Position numbers and translations under genes: made by a program
From: an uncultured Staphylococcaceae bacterium
GTDB lineage: Bacteria; Bacillota_I; Bacilli_A; RFN20; CAG-826
Direction of reading: 5' to 3'
Assembly (NCBI GenBank): GCA_964546565.1
Contig: CAZJKC010000001.1
Coordinates: 16,997 to 80,996 of the forward strand
DNA: 64,000 nucleotides
The notes under the pieces: model-generated
Told to the model about the DNA's origin: nothing
The model's input: only the letters and a program-made list of their open reading frames with translations
Databases searched by the model: none
Shown here: piece by piece, positions 39,439 to 49,355 of the stretch
Layout: every line of letters begins with the position of its first letter
Position numbering within the stretch: the stretch's first letter is position 1

Positions 39439-39672
39439 TTATACCTCCGGGAATTCTAATTTTCCCTTCATTTCTCTGTCGAATAATTCAACAATCATTT
39501 CCGAACTATATTGCCACACTTTTGTATCTTCTTTTTCAAGTGCCATATAAAGTTCTGATTTATGAAACAAGGACATAGCCTTATCTTCATCTAATCCATA
39601 TTTGTCCATTATCTTGCTGATTATATCAGAAGTCATCATAGCCATTAAAGTTGAAAACCTATCTTTATTCAT
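39439..39672 (-). CDS. DUF3791-like small helical protein
   Basis: 77 aa, 1-nt spacing to neighbours. Helical, typical companion of DUF3990. Confidence 0.5.
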   Translation of the reverse strand: MNKDRFSTLMAMMTSDIISKIMDKYGLDEDKAMSLFHKSELYMALEKEDTKVWQYSSEMIVELFDREMKGKLEFPEV

Positions 39673-40152
39673 TTATTTTTCCTCCACCCCAATAAACTTT
39701 AAATATGTTAAAGACTTTTCAGTATGAAATAACACTTGATTATAAAGTTCCTCAACCTTTAATCTCTTTAATGTTTCTTCCAAATCGTAAATGCCGATTT
39801 CATAAAGTCTAACAACTTCATAAACTCCATCATCGGCAACAGGGCCTATGACAATATCATATGTTTCTTGGCATTGTCCCTTGCGGTTTCCAGAAATAAA
39901 ATCCAACCACTCCTTATCCGCTTTATCAAAAAGAATAATCTTTAATTCAGATTCTGCTTTTTCAATATCGAAGTCATACATTGAAATATATCCGATATTT
40001 GTTTCTTTTCTGTTTTTTTGTTTTTCAGTCCATTTAATGGCTTGTTCTTCATTCATTGTAGTATAAAAGCCATAACCAAAATCTAAATATCTGTCACTAA
40101 CTCTAATTTCTGGCCTTTCCACAACAACAAGACTACCATGATATACTTTCAT
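39673..40152 (-). CDS. DUF3990-family protein; candidate ADP-ribosyltransferase-fold enzyme (H-Y-E type)
   Basis: Motifs VYHGS (H5), FGYGFYTT (Y30) and GVYEVV (E112) parallel the PARP/Tpt1 HGS, GxGxYFA and Y-E motifs. 4-nt overlap (ATGA) with the upstream gene. Confidence 0.55.
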   Translation of the reverse strand: MKVYHGSLVVVERPEIRVSDRYLDFGYGFYTTMNEEQAIKWTEKQKNRKETNIGYISMYDFDIEKAESELKIILFDKADKEWLDFISGNRKGQCQETYDIVIGPVADDGVYEVVRLYEIGIYDLEETLKRLKVEELYNQVLFHTEKSLTYLKFIGVEEK

Positions 40153-40454
40153 ACGATGGCCTCCATTTTCCTAATCTTTACTTGCTCTGCTTTTAATTCT
40201 TTGACAAGCTTCTCAACAACCTTTCGTCTTTCAAGCTGTTCCGCAATAAGAGCTATATTTTCTTCATTCATGCCGATATATTTTGCACAAACCTTTTTTC
40301 CATCTCTATATTTCAAATAATAGTATGTGTTAGCTTTTGTAATTTTAGGCGTTATCTTCCCTTTAGGTAAGAGCGATAATTCCTTTTCGTATCTCTCTAG
40401 CATATATTCATTTCGTTTTCTTTCATCCTCTAAAATAGAATAAATTAACTGCAT
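40149..40454 (-). CDS. hypothetical coiled-coil protein, first gene of the DUF3990 module
   Basis: SD GGTGAGGTG. TATAAT -10 at 40478-40473. Lys/Glu-rich. Confidence 0.45.
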   Translation of the reverse strand: MQLIYSILEDERKRNEYMLERYEKELSLLPKGKITPKITKANTYYYLKYRDGKKVCAKYIGMNEENIALIAEQLERRKVVEKLVKELKAEQVKIRKMEAIV

Positions 40455-40629
40455 TGTCATCACCTCACCATTATTATACTCTACATAAATGATTTTTTAA
40501 CTTTTTTTGTTGAACATTTTTGAAAATATATAGAAGTTTTGAAATCCCTATTAATAAGTTGTGACTCAAAATAAAAAAGGCTCTTTAATTTGCGTTTAAC
40601 ACACAAAAATCAAAGAAACCTTTAGCGTT

Positions 40630-40938
40630 TTATTTTTCAATAATATATTTTATTTGCTCTAATAATTCATATACTTGTTCATGAATTATTTCCATATTTT
40701 TAATTAAAGGATGATTATCATATTGCTTTTTTAAATCTAAATATTCTTGATACAATTCAAGATATTCCTTATCTTCACGATGAATAGTCATTTGTCGTTG
40801 ATAATACTGAATTTGTTTCATCAATGAATGAAGTTCTTGACTGTTCTTTATTTGTTCTTTTAATTGAAAATAACATTTAACTTCTTGACAATTCATTAAC
40901 AATTGTTGACATTCGTTTAAAGTTTCTTCAATTGTCAT
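40630..40938 (-). CDS. ricA: YlbF/YmcA-family regulator (RicA-like)
   Basis: ~100-aa helical protein immediately downstream of miaB, as ymcA is with ymcB in B. subtilis. Confidence 0.6.
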   Translation of the reverse strand: MTIEETLNECQQLLMNCQEVKCYFQLKEQIKNSQELHSLMKQIQYYQRQMTIHREDKEYLELYQEYLDLKKQYDNHPLIKNMEIIHEQVYELLEQIKYIIEK

Positions 40939-42377
40939 TCACATAATTCTCCTAACATTGAATAAAGATGTGATTCAATTATTTTCACTTTAACAATTTT
41001 CCCAATCAATGAAGCATCACCTTTAAAATGAACTAGTTTGTTAGTATCTGTATATCCCGATAATACATCTTTATTCTTTTTCGAATAACCATCAACTAAT
41101 ACATCATAAACATGACCAACCATTTGTTGAGCTTTTTCTATAGCCCCTTTTTCAACTGCTTTTACTAAACGATTAAAACGATCATGTTTTTCTTCCATTG
41201 TCACTTTATCTTCCATTTTACTAGCTGGTGTACCAACACGAGGTGAATAAATAAAAGTGAAGGCACTATCATACTTAACCTGTTCTACTACTTTTAAAGT
41301 ATCAAGGAATTGTTCTTCTGTCTCATTAGGAAAGCCAACAATAATATCTGTGGATAACGCTAAAGAAGGAATAGCCTTTCTCATCTTATTAACTAATTCT
41401 AAATACTGTTCGGAATTATATCTTCTTCCCATCTTTCTTAAGATTTCATCATTGCCCGATTGTAAAGGAAGATGAATAAAAGGCATAATATTATCATATT
41501 TAGCAATAACTTCAATCATTCGATCACTAAAATCCCAAGGATGAGAAGTAGTAAAACGAATACGGGGGACATTTAAAAGAGCCACTTTTTCAAGTAATGT
41601 CGCAAAATCAACATTATTAGGCAAATCTTTACCATAAGCATTAACATTTTGTCCTAAATATGTTATTTCCATATATCCTTTATCAAGCAATTCTTTAGTT
41701 TCTAAAAGGATATCTTCAAGAGTACGACTCCTTTGTTTGCCTCTCGTATATGGGACAATACAATATGTACAAAACTTATCACATCCATACATAATATTGA
41801 TAAAGGCTTTCTTTTCATCTAATCGTGTTGTTGGTAGATTTTCAATTACTTCTCCACTTTTTGATTCCACATCAATTATACGTTTTTGTTTACGATAAAC
41901 TTCTTCAAGTAAAAGTAAAAGATTTTGAATGTTATGTGTACCAAAAAGTAAATCTACATGATGGTATTTTTGCTCAATAGTATCAACAATATGTTCTTCT
42001 TGTATCATACATCCACAACAAGCAATGATAAGATCTTTTTTCTTAGCTTTTAGACCTTTTAATTGACCTATTTCTCCATAAACACGATCTTCAGCATTTT
42101 CACGCACAGCACAAGTATTTAAAATAATTAAATCTGCATCTTGCGGAGTTAAAGCTTTAGTATATCCCGCTTTTTCTAACATTCCTGCCATAGTTTCTTC
42201 GTCACGCACATTAGCTTGACATCCATATGTCCGAATATAGTACTTCTTACCTTTCGCTATATCTTTAATATATGTTGATACCACAAAATCTTCTTTAATG
42301 ATAATTGTACCATCATGAATGGAACGTTGACGTGCCTTTTCTAAAGATGGTTTACTTTTAATAATGCATCCCTTCAT
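40935..42377 (-). CDS. miaB: tRNA-i6A37 methylthiotransferase MiaB
   Basis: MTTase N-terminal domain, radical-SAM CxxxCxxC (CDKFCTYC) and TRAM C-terminus. Confidence 0.9.
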   Translation of the reverse strand: MKGCIIKSKPSLEKARQRSIHDGTIIIKEDFVVSTYIKDIAKGKKYYIRTYGCQANVRDEETMAGMLEKAGYTKALTPQDADLIILNTCAVRENAEDRVYGEIGQLKGLKAKKKDLIIACCGCMIQEEHIVDTIEQKYHHVDLLFGTHNIQNLLLLLEEVYRKQKRIIDVESKSGEVIENLPTTRLDEKKAFINIMYGCDKFCTYCIVPYTRGKQRSRTLEDILLETKELLDKGYMEITYLGQNVNAYGKDLPNNVDFATLLEKVALLNVPRIRFTTSHPWDFSDRMIEVIAKYDNIMPFIHLPLQSGNDEILRKMGRRYNSEQYLELVNKMRKAIPSLALSTDIIVGFPNETEEQFLDTLKVVEQVKYDSAFTFIYSPRVGTPASKMEDKVTMEEKHDRFNRLVKAVEKGAIEKAQQMVGHVYDVLVDGYSKKNKDVLSGYTDTNKLVHFKGDASLIGKIVKVKIIESHLYSMLGELCE

Positions 42378-42419
42378 AACTTTTAAGATAGATTAACCTA
42401 TCTCCCTTTCTACAGCTTT

Positions 42420-42689
42420 TTAAATATTGTGTTTTTCCACTTTTAATTTGATTGCTGTTTTTGTTTCTTTTTCAATAGTAATTTCTTGAAACGATGGAAC
42501 AATTGAAATATCAATGCTCGAAGGTGCTAAAAAGCCCCTTGCAATGATGATGGCCTTTATAGATTGATTTAGTGCTCCTGCACCAACGGTCTGTACATCA
42601 ACACTATTTTGTGAGCGTAAAATATTACTAATTGAACCCGCGACGGCATTTACATTTGAATCTTTACGAACTTTAATTGTTTGAATCAT
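42420..42689 (-). CDS. spoVS: stage V sporulation protein S
   Basis: Close match to B. subtilis SpoVS (IQTVGAGALNQSIKAIIIARGF). Confidence 0.85.
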   Translation of the reverse strand: MIQTIKVRKDSNVNAVAGSISNILRSQNSVDVQTVGAGALNQSIKAIIIARGFLAPSSIDISIVPSFQEITIEKETKTAIKLKVEKHNI

Positions 42690-42726
42690 ATTTTTTCCCT
42701 CTTCATTAACTTATGAAGAAAATTAT

Positions 42727-43521
42727 CTAAATATGTTCATCAAATAATAAAATAGATTTAATCGCGGTAGCGTTTTTAGACTCTTCATCAATCGTTATTA
42801 CGACTGCTGATAAAACACTACCCTTTTCACTTTCAACATCATATCGTAAGACTTCATTTTTCCAGGCACGATTTATCATGACTTCTCTTTTTGCTCCTAA
42901 TATGCCATTGTATGGGCCACACATTCCAACATCACACATAAAAGCTGTCCCTTGAGGAAGAATTCTTTCATCGTGCGTTTGCACATGGGTATGCGTCCCA
43001 ATCAAAGCGGTTATTTTACCGTCAAATGCCCATGCTAGTGATTGCTTTTCTCCAGTTGCTTCGGCATGAAAATCAACGATATGTATTTCATCATGACTAT
43101 CCTCGATAATACTATTTAAAGCCTCAAAAGGATTATCAACTTCTTCAAGCATAAAGGCTTGACCTAAAAGATTAGTCACTCGAACGCGAATATCATCTAA
43201 TTCAAAAACAGCCGTTCCCACACCTGGATAATCTTTTTTAATATTATATGGACGAATAAGATGGTCGGCACCTTCTAAATACTCCAATATTTCATTTTTT
43301 GATTCATAATGATTTCCTAATGTAATACAATCAATTCCGTTATTAACTAATTGATGATAATGATGCTCAATAAGTCCTTTGCCATGAGTAACATTCTCGC
43401 CATTAGCAATAACAAAATCAATTTGATATTTTTTTATTAGTTCTGGTAAGTATTTAATGACTATATTACGACCACTTTTTCCAACAATATCACCGATAAA
43501 TAAAAGACGCATGATTTTCAC
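42727..43521 (-). CDS. ymdB: YmdB-family metallophosphoesterase (2',3'-cNMP phosphodiesterase)
   Basis: TIGR00282-like N-terminus (LFIGDIVGKSGR...ANGEN). Follows rny as in B. subtilis. Confidence 0.85.
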   Translation of the reverse strand: MKIMRLLFIGDIVGKSGRNIVIKYLPELIKKYQIDFVIANGENVTHGKGLIEHHYHQLVNNGIDCITLGNHYESKNEILEYLEGADHLIRPYNIKKDYPGVGTAVFELDDIRVRVTNLLGQAFMLEEVDNPFEALNSIIEDSHDEIHIVDFHAEATGEKQSLAWAFDGKITALIGTHTHVQTHDERILPQGTAFMCDVGMCGPYNGILGAKREVMINRAWKNEVLRYDVESEKGSVLSAVVITIDEESKNATAIKSILLFDEHI

Positions 43522-43564
43522 TCCCTTTATCTATAAAATAATAGGACCGATGGGTCCTATTACA

Positions 43565-45139
43565 TTACTTAGCTAATTCAACAGCGCGCATTTCACGAAT
43601 AACTGAAACTTTTATTTGACCTGGATAAGTCATTTCATTTTCAATTCTTTCGCGAATTTCTCTTGCTAACTTAAAGGCCCCTAAATCATCAATCTTTTCA
43701 GGGACAACCATTATACGAACTTCACGTCCTGATTGCATGGCATAGCATTGATTAACGCCTTCATATGATTTACAAATAGTTTCTAATTTTTCAATTCTTT
43801 GAATATAGTTTTCTAAAGTTTCACTACGAGCACCGGGTCTTGCAGCTGATAAAGTATCAGCCGCCGCAACTAAATTGGAAATGATATACTTTGATGAAAC
43901 ATCACCATGATGCGATTCGATAGCGTTCACAACGACATCTGGCTCACCATATTTTTTAGCTAAACGAACACCAATTTCCACATGGCTACCATCTAATTCA
44001 AAATCAGCGGCTTTTCCTATATCGTGAAGTAACCCGGCCCGTTTAGCAAGATTTTGATCTAAACCAAGTTCCGAAGCCATAATTCCTGACAAATAAGCAA
44101 CTTCAATTGAATGGTCAAGAGCATTTTGTCCATAACTAGTCCGATATTTTAAACGACCAACATAATCTAATAATTCTTTATTAATACGTGGCAATCCTAA
44201 TTTAAACGCAACTTCTTGACCAGTTTTACGAACTGATTCGGCTACTTCATTTTTTGCTTTTTCGACAACTTCTTCAATTCTTCCAGGTTGAATACGACCA
44301 TCTTTGATCAAATTTTCAAGTGAGAGTCTTGCAATTTCACGGCGGATAGGGTCAAAACAAGAAATAGTGATAACTTCCGGAGTATCGTCAATTATTAAAT
44401 CAACACCTAATAATTGTTCAAGCGAACGAATGTTGCGTCCTTCACGGCCAATAATTCGTCCCTTCATTTCATCACTTGGTAAAGCCACAACCGAAACAGT
44501 TCTTTCGGATGTCACATCTTGTGAATACTTTGAAATCGCTAAGGAAATAATCTCTTTAGCCGTTTCATCGGCGGCATCACGTGCTTCCTCTTCTTTATTT
44601 TTAATATAAGCCGCTAGTTCACGTGATATCTTGCTTTCAACACGACGGAATATTTCATCTTTAGCCTCATTAATAGACATATTAGCTACTTTTTCTAATT
44701 CCGCTAAAATAGAATCAATTTTTTCTTGAAGAAGAGCTTCTTTTTTCTCTAACTCCTTCATTTGCTTATTTAAAGTCTCATTTTTTTCTTCCAAAGTTGT
44801 TTCTTTTGCCAGTAAGGCAATATCACGACGGTCAATACCTTGTTCCCGTTGTAACAACTTATTTTCTTGAACGGATAATTCCGCTTTCTTCTCTTTAATT
44901 TCTTTTTCGGCTTCAATTTTCATTTCATAAGCATGTTGCTTAGCATCCAATTGGGCATTTTTAATAATATGGTCAGCCTTTCCTTCAGCTTCTTTAATAA
45001 TCTTTTCGCTTTTTTTCATAGATTTTTTGACCTTAAAAAAAGGTACAAACCATACTGCTGCAGCGCCTGCAATAAGCATGACAAACATCAAAACAATAGC
45101 CAAACCTGTTGACATTGTGGACGAGTTTAAAATAATCAT
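43565..45139 (-). CDS. rny: ribonuclease Y
   Basis: N-terminal TM, coiled-coil, KH domain and HD domain (HDIGK). Confidence 0.95.
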   Translation of the reverse strand: MIILNSSTMSTGLAIVLMFVMLIAGAAAVWFVPFFKVKKSMKKSEKIIKEAEGKADHIIKNAQLDAKQHAYEMKIEAEKEIKEKKAELSVQENKLLQREQGIDRRDIALLAKETTLEEKNETLNKQMKELEKKEALLQEKIDSILAELEKVANMSINEAKDEIFRRVESKISRELAAYIKNKEEEARDAADETAKEIISLAISKYSQDVTSERTVSVVALPSDEMKGRIIGREGRNIRSLEQLLGVDLIIDDTPEVITISCFDPIRREIARLSLENLIKDGRIQPGRIEEVVEKAKNEVAESVRKTGQEVAFKLGLPRINKELLDYVGRLKYRTSYGQNALDHSIEVAYLSGIMASELGLDQNLAKRAGLLHDIGKAADFELDGSHVEIGVRLAKKYGEPDVVVNAIESHHGDVSSKYIISNLVAAADTLSAARPGARSETLENYIQRIEKLETICKSYEGVNQCYAMQSGREVRIMVVPEKIDDLGAFKLAREIRERIENEMTYPGQIKVSVIREMRAVELAK

Positions 45140-45413
45140 TACAAAAAATCTCCTTTCTTTCTCTTTTCATAGTTTTATTTTCAAATCTCGATAAAAATAG
45201 GTCAAATAAATGACCATAATAGTCCCTGTAGGTGTGTTTCTTCGATTCAAGTAATTATATTTTTAAGGATTAAAATCCTTATATTGAATATGGAAATCTA
45301 TATTTACAAGGCATAAGTGCTTGTGCACATTAATAGTATAGCAAATTGTCTTACTTTATAAAAGTAAAAATAAATAAAAATATATAACTATATTCTTTGT
45401 TATTTTCAAAAAA

Positions 45414-45448
45414 AAGAAACAAATTATATCAAAATAACTTGTTTCTGC
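45414..45448 (-). terminator. probable rho-independent terminator downstream of recA
   Basis: GAAACAA/TTGTTTC stem followed by T8 on the minus strand. Confidence 0.5.
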
Positions 45449-45461
45449 TTATGTTTTATAA

Positions 45462-46472
45462 CTATTTTTCTTTATTATTTAACAATACATCACGAACATT
45501 CTGTTGAATTTCGTCAAATATCTCCGGGTTATCTTTTAAAAATTGTTTGGCGTTTTCTCTCCCTTGACCCATTCTATCACCCTTGTATTCATACCATGAG
45601 CCTGATTTTTTTACAATATCAACATCAGCAGCTAAATCAAGGATTTCACCAAATCGCGAAATTCCTTCTCCATAAATTAAATCAATTTTACAACTCTTAA
45701 ATGGTGGGGCAACTTTATTCTTCACAATTTTAATGTTGACCGTATTACCAATGATATCTGTACCATCTTTAATTACTTCGGCACGTCTTATGTCAATACG
45801 TACACTGGCATAGAATTTCAATGCTCTTCCACCTGTTGTCGTTTCGGGATTTCCATACATAACACCAACTTTTTCTCGTAATTGGTTAATAAAGATAACA
45901 GTACAGAGAGATTTATTTAAAACACCCGCTAATTTTCTCATAGCTTTGGACATTAAGCGCGCTTGTAATCCTACTTGATTGTCGCTCATCACACCTTCTA
46001 TTTCCGCTTGCGGCACTAATGCGGCAACCGAGTCAACAACAATAATATCGATGGCATTAGATTTAGCTAATAATTCAACTATTTCCAAAGCCTGCTCACC
46101 ATTATCCGGTTGTGATAATATTAATTCATCGACATCAACGCCAAGATGTTTAGCATATACAGGATCAATCGCATGTTCCGCATCAACAAAGGCGGCACGA
46201 CCTCCCTTTTTTTGACTTTCCGCGATAGCGTGTAACGCTAGCGTTGTTTTACCTGATGATTCCGGTCCAAATATTTCAATAATTCTTCCTTTAGGATATC
46301 CACCTATTCCTAAAGCATTATCCAACAATAACGACCCGGTTGGAATTGAATCAATATCAACATTAGGTCTATCGCCTAAACGCATAACTGATCCTTTACC
46401 ATATATTTTTTCAATACTTTTTAAAGCATCATTCAATGCTTCTTCATTTGTCTTTATTTTTTCTTGTGCCAT
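45462..46472 (-). CDS. recA: recombinase RecA
   Basis: Walker [10 protein letters not shown] and full-length RecA similarity. Confidence 0.97.
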   Translation of the reverse strand: MAQEKIKTNEEALNDALKSIEKIYGKGSVMRLGDRPNVDIDSIPTGSLLLDNALGIGGYPKGRIIEIFGPESSGKTTLALHAIAESQKKGGRAAFVDAEHAIDPVYAKHLGVDVDELILSQPDNGEQALEIVELLAKSNAIDIIVVDSVAALVPQAEIEGVMSDNQVGLQARLMSKAMRKLAGVLNKSLCTVIFINQLREKVGVMYGNPETTTGGRALKFYASVRIDIRRAEVIKDGTDIIGNTVNIKIVKNKVAPPFKSCKIDLIYGEGISRFGEILDLAADVDIVKKSGSWYEYKGDRMGQGRENAKQFLKDNPEIFDEIQQNVRDVLLNNKEK

Positions 46473-46513
46473 CTTTATAATTATCCCCTTTCTAATTAAT
46501 ACGATAACAATCG

Positions 46514-47002
46514 TTATTTACCTAAAAAATCACTATTTTTACGAACAAAGTCTATCACCCATTGCATAATGTTCTCCGACGCTATTTCGCGAACACGTTG
46601 ACGATCATGAGCATCAATTTGAACTTCAAATGTCAATGTTTTATAAGAAGTTGAAATTGCCATACACACTCTACCAACAGGAAGATTATCTAAAGTACCC
46701 GGTCCAGCATTACCGGTAAAAGAAACACAAATGTCCACTCCTAATTTCTCGCGTCCTTTGTCAGCCATGGCCCGCGCAACTTCTTGAGATACTACCCCAT
46801 ATGTTAAGATAAAAACTTTATCAATGCCTAATAAGCTCCGTTTTAACTCAGTAGCGTAAGTTACCATCGACCCCAAATAAACTTGTGAGGCTCCTGGAAC
46901 ACTAGTAATCAATGATGCGAATAATCCCCCTGTAAAAGATTCTACTGAACCAATTGTTAATTTCTTTTCTTTTAACAATTCTACTAACGCTTTTTCAATC
47001 AT
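46514..47002 (-). CDS. pncC: CinA C-terminal-domain protein (NMN deamidase PncC-like)
   Basis: CinA_C signature ([11 protein letters not shown]). In the pgsA-cinA-recA arrangement. Confidence 0.8.
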   Translation of the reverse strand: MIEKALVELLKEKKLTIGSVESFTGGLFASLITSVPGASQVYLGSMVTYATELKRSLLGIDKVFILTYGVVSQEVARAMADKGREKLGVDICVSFTGNAGPGTLDNLPVGRVCMAISTSYKTLTFEVQIDAHDRQRVREIASENIMQWVIDFVRKNSDFLGK

Positions 47003-47646
47003 TTTTCTGAATCCTTAAAAACACGACGATTATTTACAAGATATATGATTCCTGATAATAAGGAGGCAAGCCCTGCTAAATAACAAATAATATTTGTAAT
47101 ATTAAACGATAATCCTAAATAAACAAAGGGCCAGTTATTTAACAATACACATGTTAAGGCCACCATTTGTAAAACCGTTTTTACCTTGCCAAATTTATTA
47201 GCAGCTACAACAACATTTTTTTCCATAGCGATGAGCCGCATAGCGTCCACCACTAAATCACGAGCAATCATAATAATACAGGCTACCATGGGAACACCCG
47301 TTTGACCGCTAAAAGCAAATCCATTACTTCCCATTGGAAGAACAAAAAACAATAACACCGTATCGACTAATAGTTTATCCGCTATCGGGTCCATAAACTT
47401 TCCATAAGTGGTGACAAGATGATATTTCCGTGCTAAATAGCCATCTAGGAAATCCGAAAAACTAGCAATAAGGAATAAACCGCAAACAATTAAGTTAATA
47501 ACACTTAATGAAGAAATAACATCACCATTTTGATAAATATTAATCACGGGAACGTTCATTCCAAAAAAAGATGGGACTAACAATAATATAAAAATGACAC
47601 CGACCATAATAATTCTAAATGTTGTAATCTTATTAGGTAAATTCAT
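46999..47646 (-). CDS. pgsA: CDP-diacylglycerol--glycerol-3-phosphate 3-phosphatidyltransferase
   Basis: CDP-alcohol phosphatidyltransferase motif (D-G-x2-A-R-x8-G-x3-D-x3-D). Confidence 0.9.
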   Translation of the reverse strand: MNLPNKITTFRIIMVGVIFILLLVPSFFGMNVPVINIYQNGDVISSLSVINLIVCGLFLIASFSDFLDGYLARKYHLVTTYGKFMDPIADKLLVDTVLLFFVLPMGSNGFAFSGQTGVPMVACIIMIARDLVVDAMRLIAMEKNVVVAANKFGKVKTVLQMVALTCVLLNNWPFVYLGLSFNITNIICYLAGLASLLSGIIYLVNNRRVFKDSEK

Positions 47647-47659
47647 ATATCCTCCATAG

Positions 47660-48010
47660 TGAGTATTCGATCCTATAAGCCATGTTTTGTCTAGGATAAC
47701 TATTTATCTATGCATTAAGCATGTTGTTTTCCATTCTTTTTCTTTCCAACAACTTCCCCTACCAAATTTGGGTTTCTCGCTTGTGGGGTTTACCGCGTTC
47801 CACCCTATTGTTTCCAATAGGCTTCGTCACTGTGGCACCTTAGGAATATCAGCCATATCATACGACTTAGGCTTTTATTCGCCGTTATCTGCTCCCAGAT
47901 ACCTAGCGTTATTTGTTCCGCTAGCGCAAACACTACCATCATCACAGATGGTGCGAGCATGGACTTTCCTCTAATGATTTAACATCAGCAGTTATCTAGA
48001 TCGAATGTTT
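47660..48010 (-). ncRNA. rnpB: RNase P RNA, bacterial type B
   Basis: Minus strand reads GAGGAAAGTCCATGCTCGCAC ... GTGCCACAGTGACGAAGCC ... GGTGGAACGCGGTAAACCCC ... AGCGAGAAACCCAAATTTGGTAGGGGAA ... ACAAAACATGGCTTA, near-identical to B. subtilis rnpB conserved blocks. The P1 arms (ATTCGATC/GATCGAAT) pair. Local GC ~48%. Confidence 0.9.
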
Positions 48011-48036
48011 TTTTTTAAATGTGAAAGGTTACTAGG

Positions 48037-48465
48037 CTATTTATATTTATACATGTTTTTACGACAATCATCAGGATTACCGCCATGTTCCACTAACTCT
48101 TTTTCTAATACATTAATGTAATTAACTAAATCAATTGATGAAGAGAATTCCCTTTTTGATTTAATAGCCCCATCAATCCGGCTTTTTTGAAAATCCAATT
48201 CCGCTTCAACCTGCATGTTGGCATATTTCAAATCATCAATCTGCTTTTTCAATTTAGCAATTTCTTTATGCAAATCATCAATAATAACTTGTTTACTTTG
48301 ATTTTCATTTTGAGCATTCGTTAATTCGTCAACAAGATTATCAATTTGCATGTAATCTTCAGCAATATTATCTAAAAATAAATCCACTTCCAAAGGTTCA
48401 TAACCTTTTTCAACGCCTGTAAATTTATAATTGACTATTTTTTTTGCTGAAAATTTTAAATTCAT
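48037..48465 (-). CDS. gpsB: DivIVA-domain cell-division protein (GpsB-like)
   Basis: N-terminal DivIVA motif (KFTGVEKGYEPLEVDLFLDNIAEDY) and coiled-coil. Adjacent to rnpB as in B. subtilis. SD AAGGAAGGG points to the ATG at 48465. Confidence 0.75.
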   Translation of the reverse strand: MNLKFSAKKIVNYKFTGVEKGYEPLEVDLFLDNIAEDYMQIDNLVDELTNAQNENQSKQVIIDDLHKEIAKLKKQIDDLKYANMQVEAELDFQKSRIDGAIKSKREFSSSIDLVNYINVLEKELVEHGGNPDDCRKNMYKYK

Positions 48466-48709
48466 AGATGCCCTTCCTTTCATTGACAATATTATACTCC
48501 AAATCCCTATATTTAACAACAAAAATACCAGGATAAGAATGTTATAGTTTTATATTTCAATAACCAAAAGAAGATTAAAATCAATTGATAAAAAGAAAAG
48601 AACAAAAAATAAATATGAATTATTGAAATGTAAATACAAATATAAAAAAAGAGGCCAGAAACTTTTATTGTTTCTTAACAGCCCCTATCAAAATGATTAA
48701 GATTATTAA

Positions 48710-49177
48710 TTAATTGTTATTATTGCAATTACAGCCACAGCAACAACATACCTGTACACAATCGATATTACTTACAGTCGTTACACATCGTGATTCCAAG
48801 CAACAACATACCATATAAGTGGCTACAACCTTCGAACGTATATAACGTTTGCACTCCATAACTGTCGCTGTAAAGGTCACGATTGCCGATTCGTTCGCAG
48901 CAATGGTGCCTACATTAATATAGTTAGGATTAGCGTTTTCAACAGTCGTTCCATTTAATGTAATCGTGTCCGGATCAATGCATAAAGCGGGGTTAACGTT
49001 TAAATCGAGGCCCACACAATTAAGTGTCATACTCGTATTATTAACAATTGTCGCTGTGTATTGGATTTTTTCACAAACACGCGTGCAATGAACATTAGAA
49101 TCTAAAACTACATCTACTCCACAATTAGGCATTGAAGGACGAACTTCTTGATAGCAACAACACCTTCTATTTCTCAT
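48710..49177 (-). CDS. cysteine-rich protein (155 aa, ~20 Cys), candidate spore coat/exosporium component
   Basis: Termini RRCCCY... and ...VCCCCGCNCNNNN. Thr/Asn/Val-rich beta-like core. No signal peptide. GC ~40%. Confidence 0.55.
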   Translation of the reverse strand: MRNRRCCCYQEVRPSMPNCGVDVVLDSNVHCTRVCEKIQYTATIVNNTSMTLNCVGLDLNVNPALCIDPDTITLNGTTVENANPNYINVGTIAANESAIVTFTATVMECKRYIRSKVVATYMVCCCLESRCVTTVSNIDCVQVCCCCGCNCNNNN

Positions 49178-49355
49178 AATTACCCTCCTTTAAACTCTCC
49201 ATCAAAGAGTTCATTTATATATATGACAAATAAATAAACAGGTGCTTTAGAAGGATGATACGTAACAAAAAATGTTTCATTATTATCCCATGATAATTAT
49301 TGCAATTATTAATTATTTATGATGCCATTGTGCTATAATAGGTGACGAAAGCAAG

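Noticed and set aside
39848-40320. Plus-strand ORFs 39848..40066 and 40138..40320
   Set aside because: Antisense within the DUF3990 operon, whose genes are tightly coupled and better supported.
47687-47974. Plus-strand 95-aa ORF
   Set aside because: Lies entirely within rnpB (RNase P RNA) on the opposite strand. Its higher GC is explained by RNA structure.
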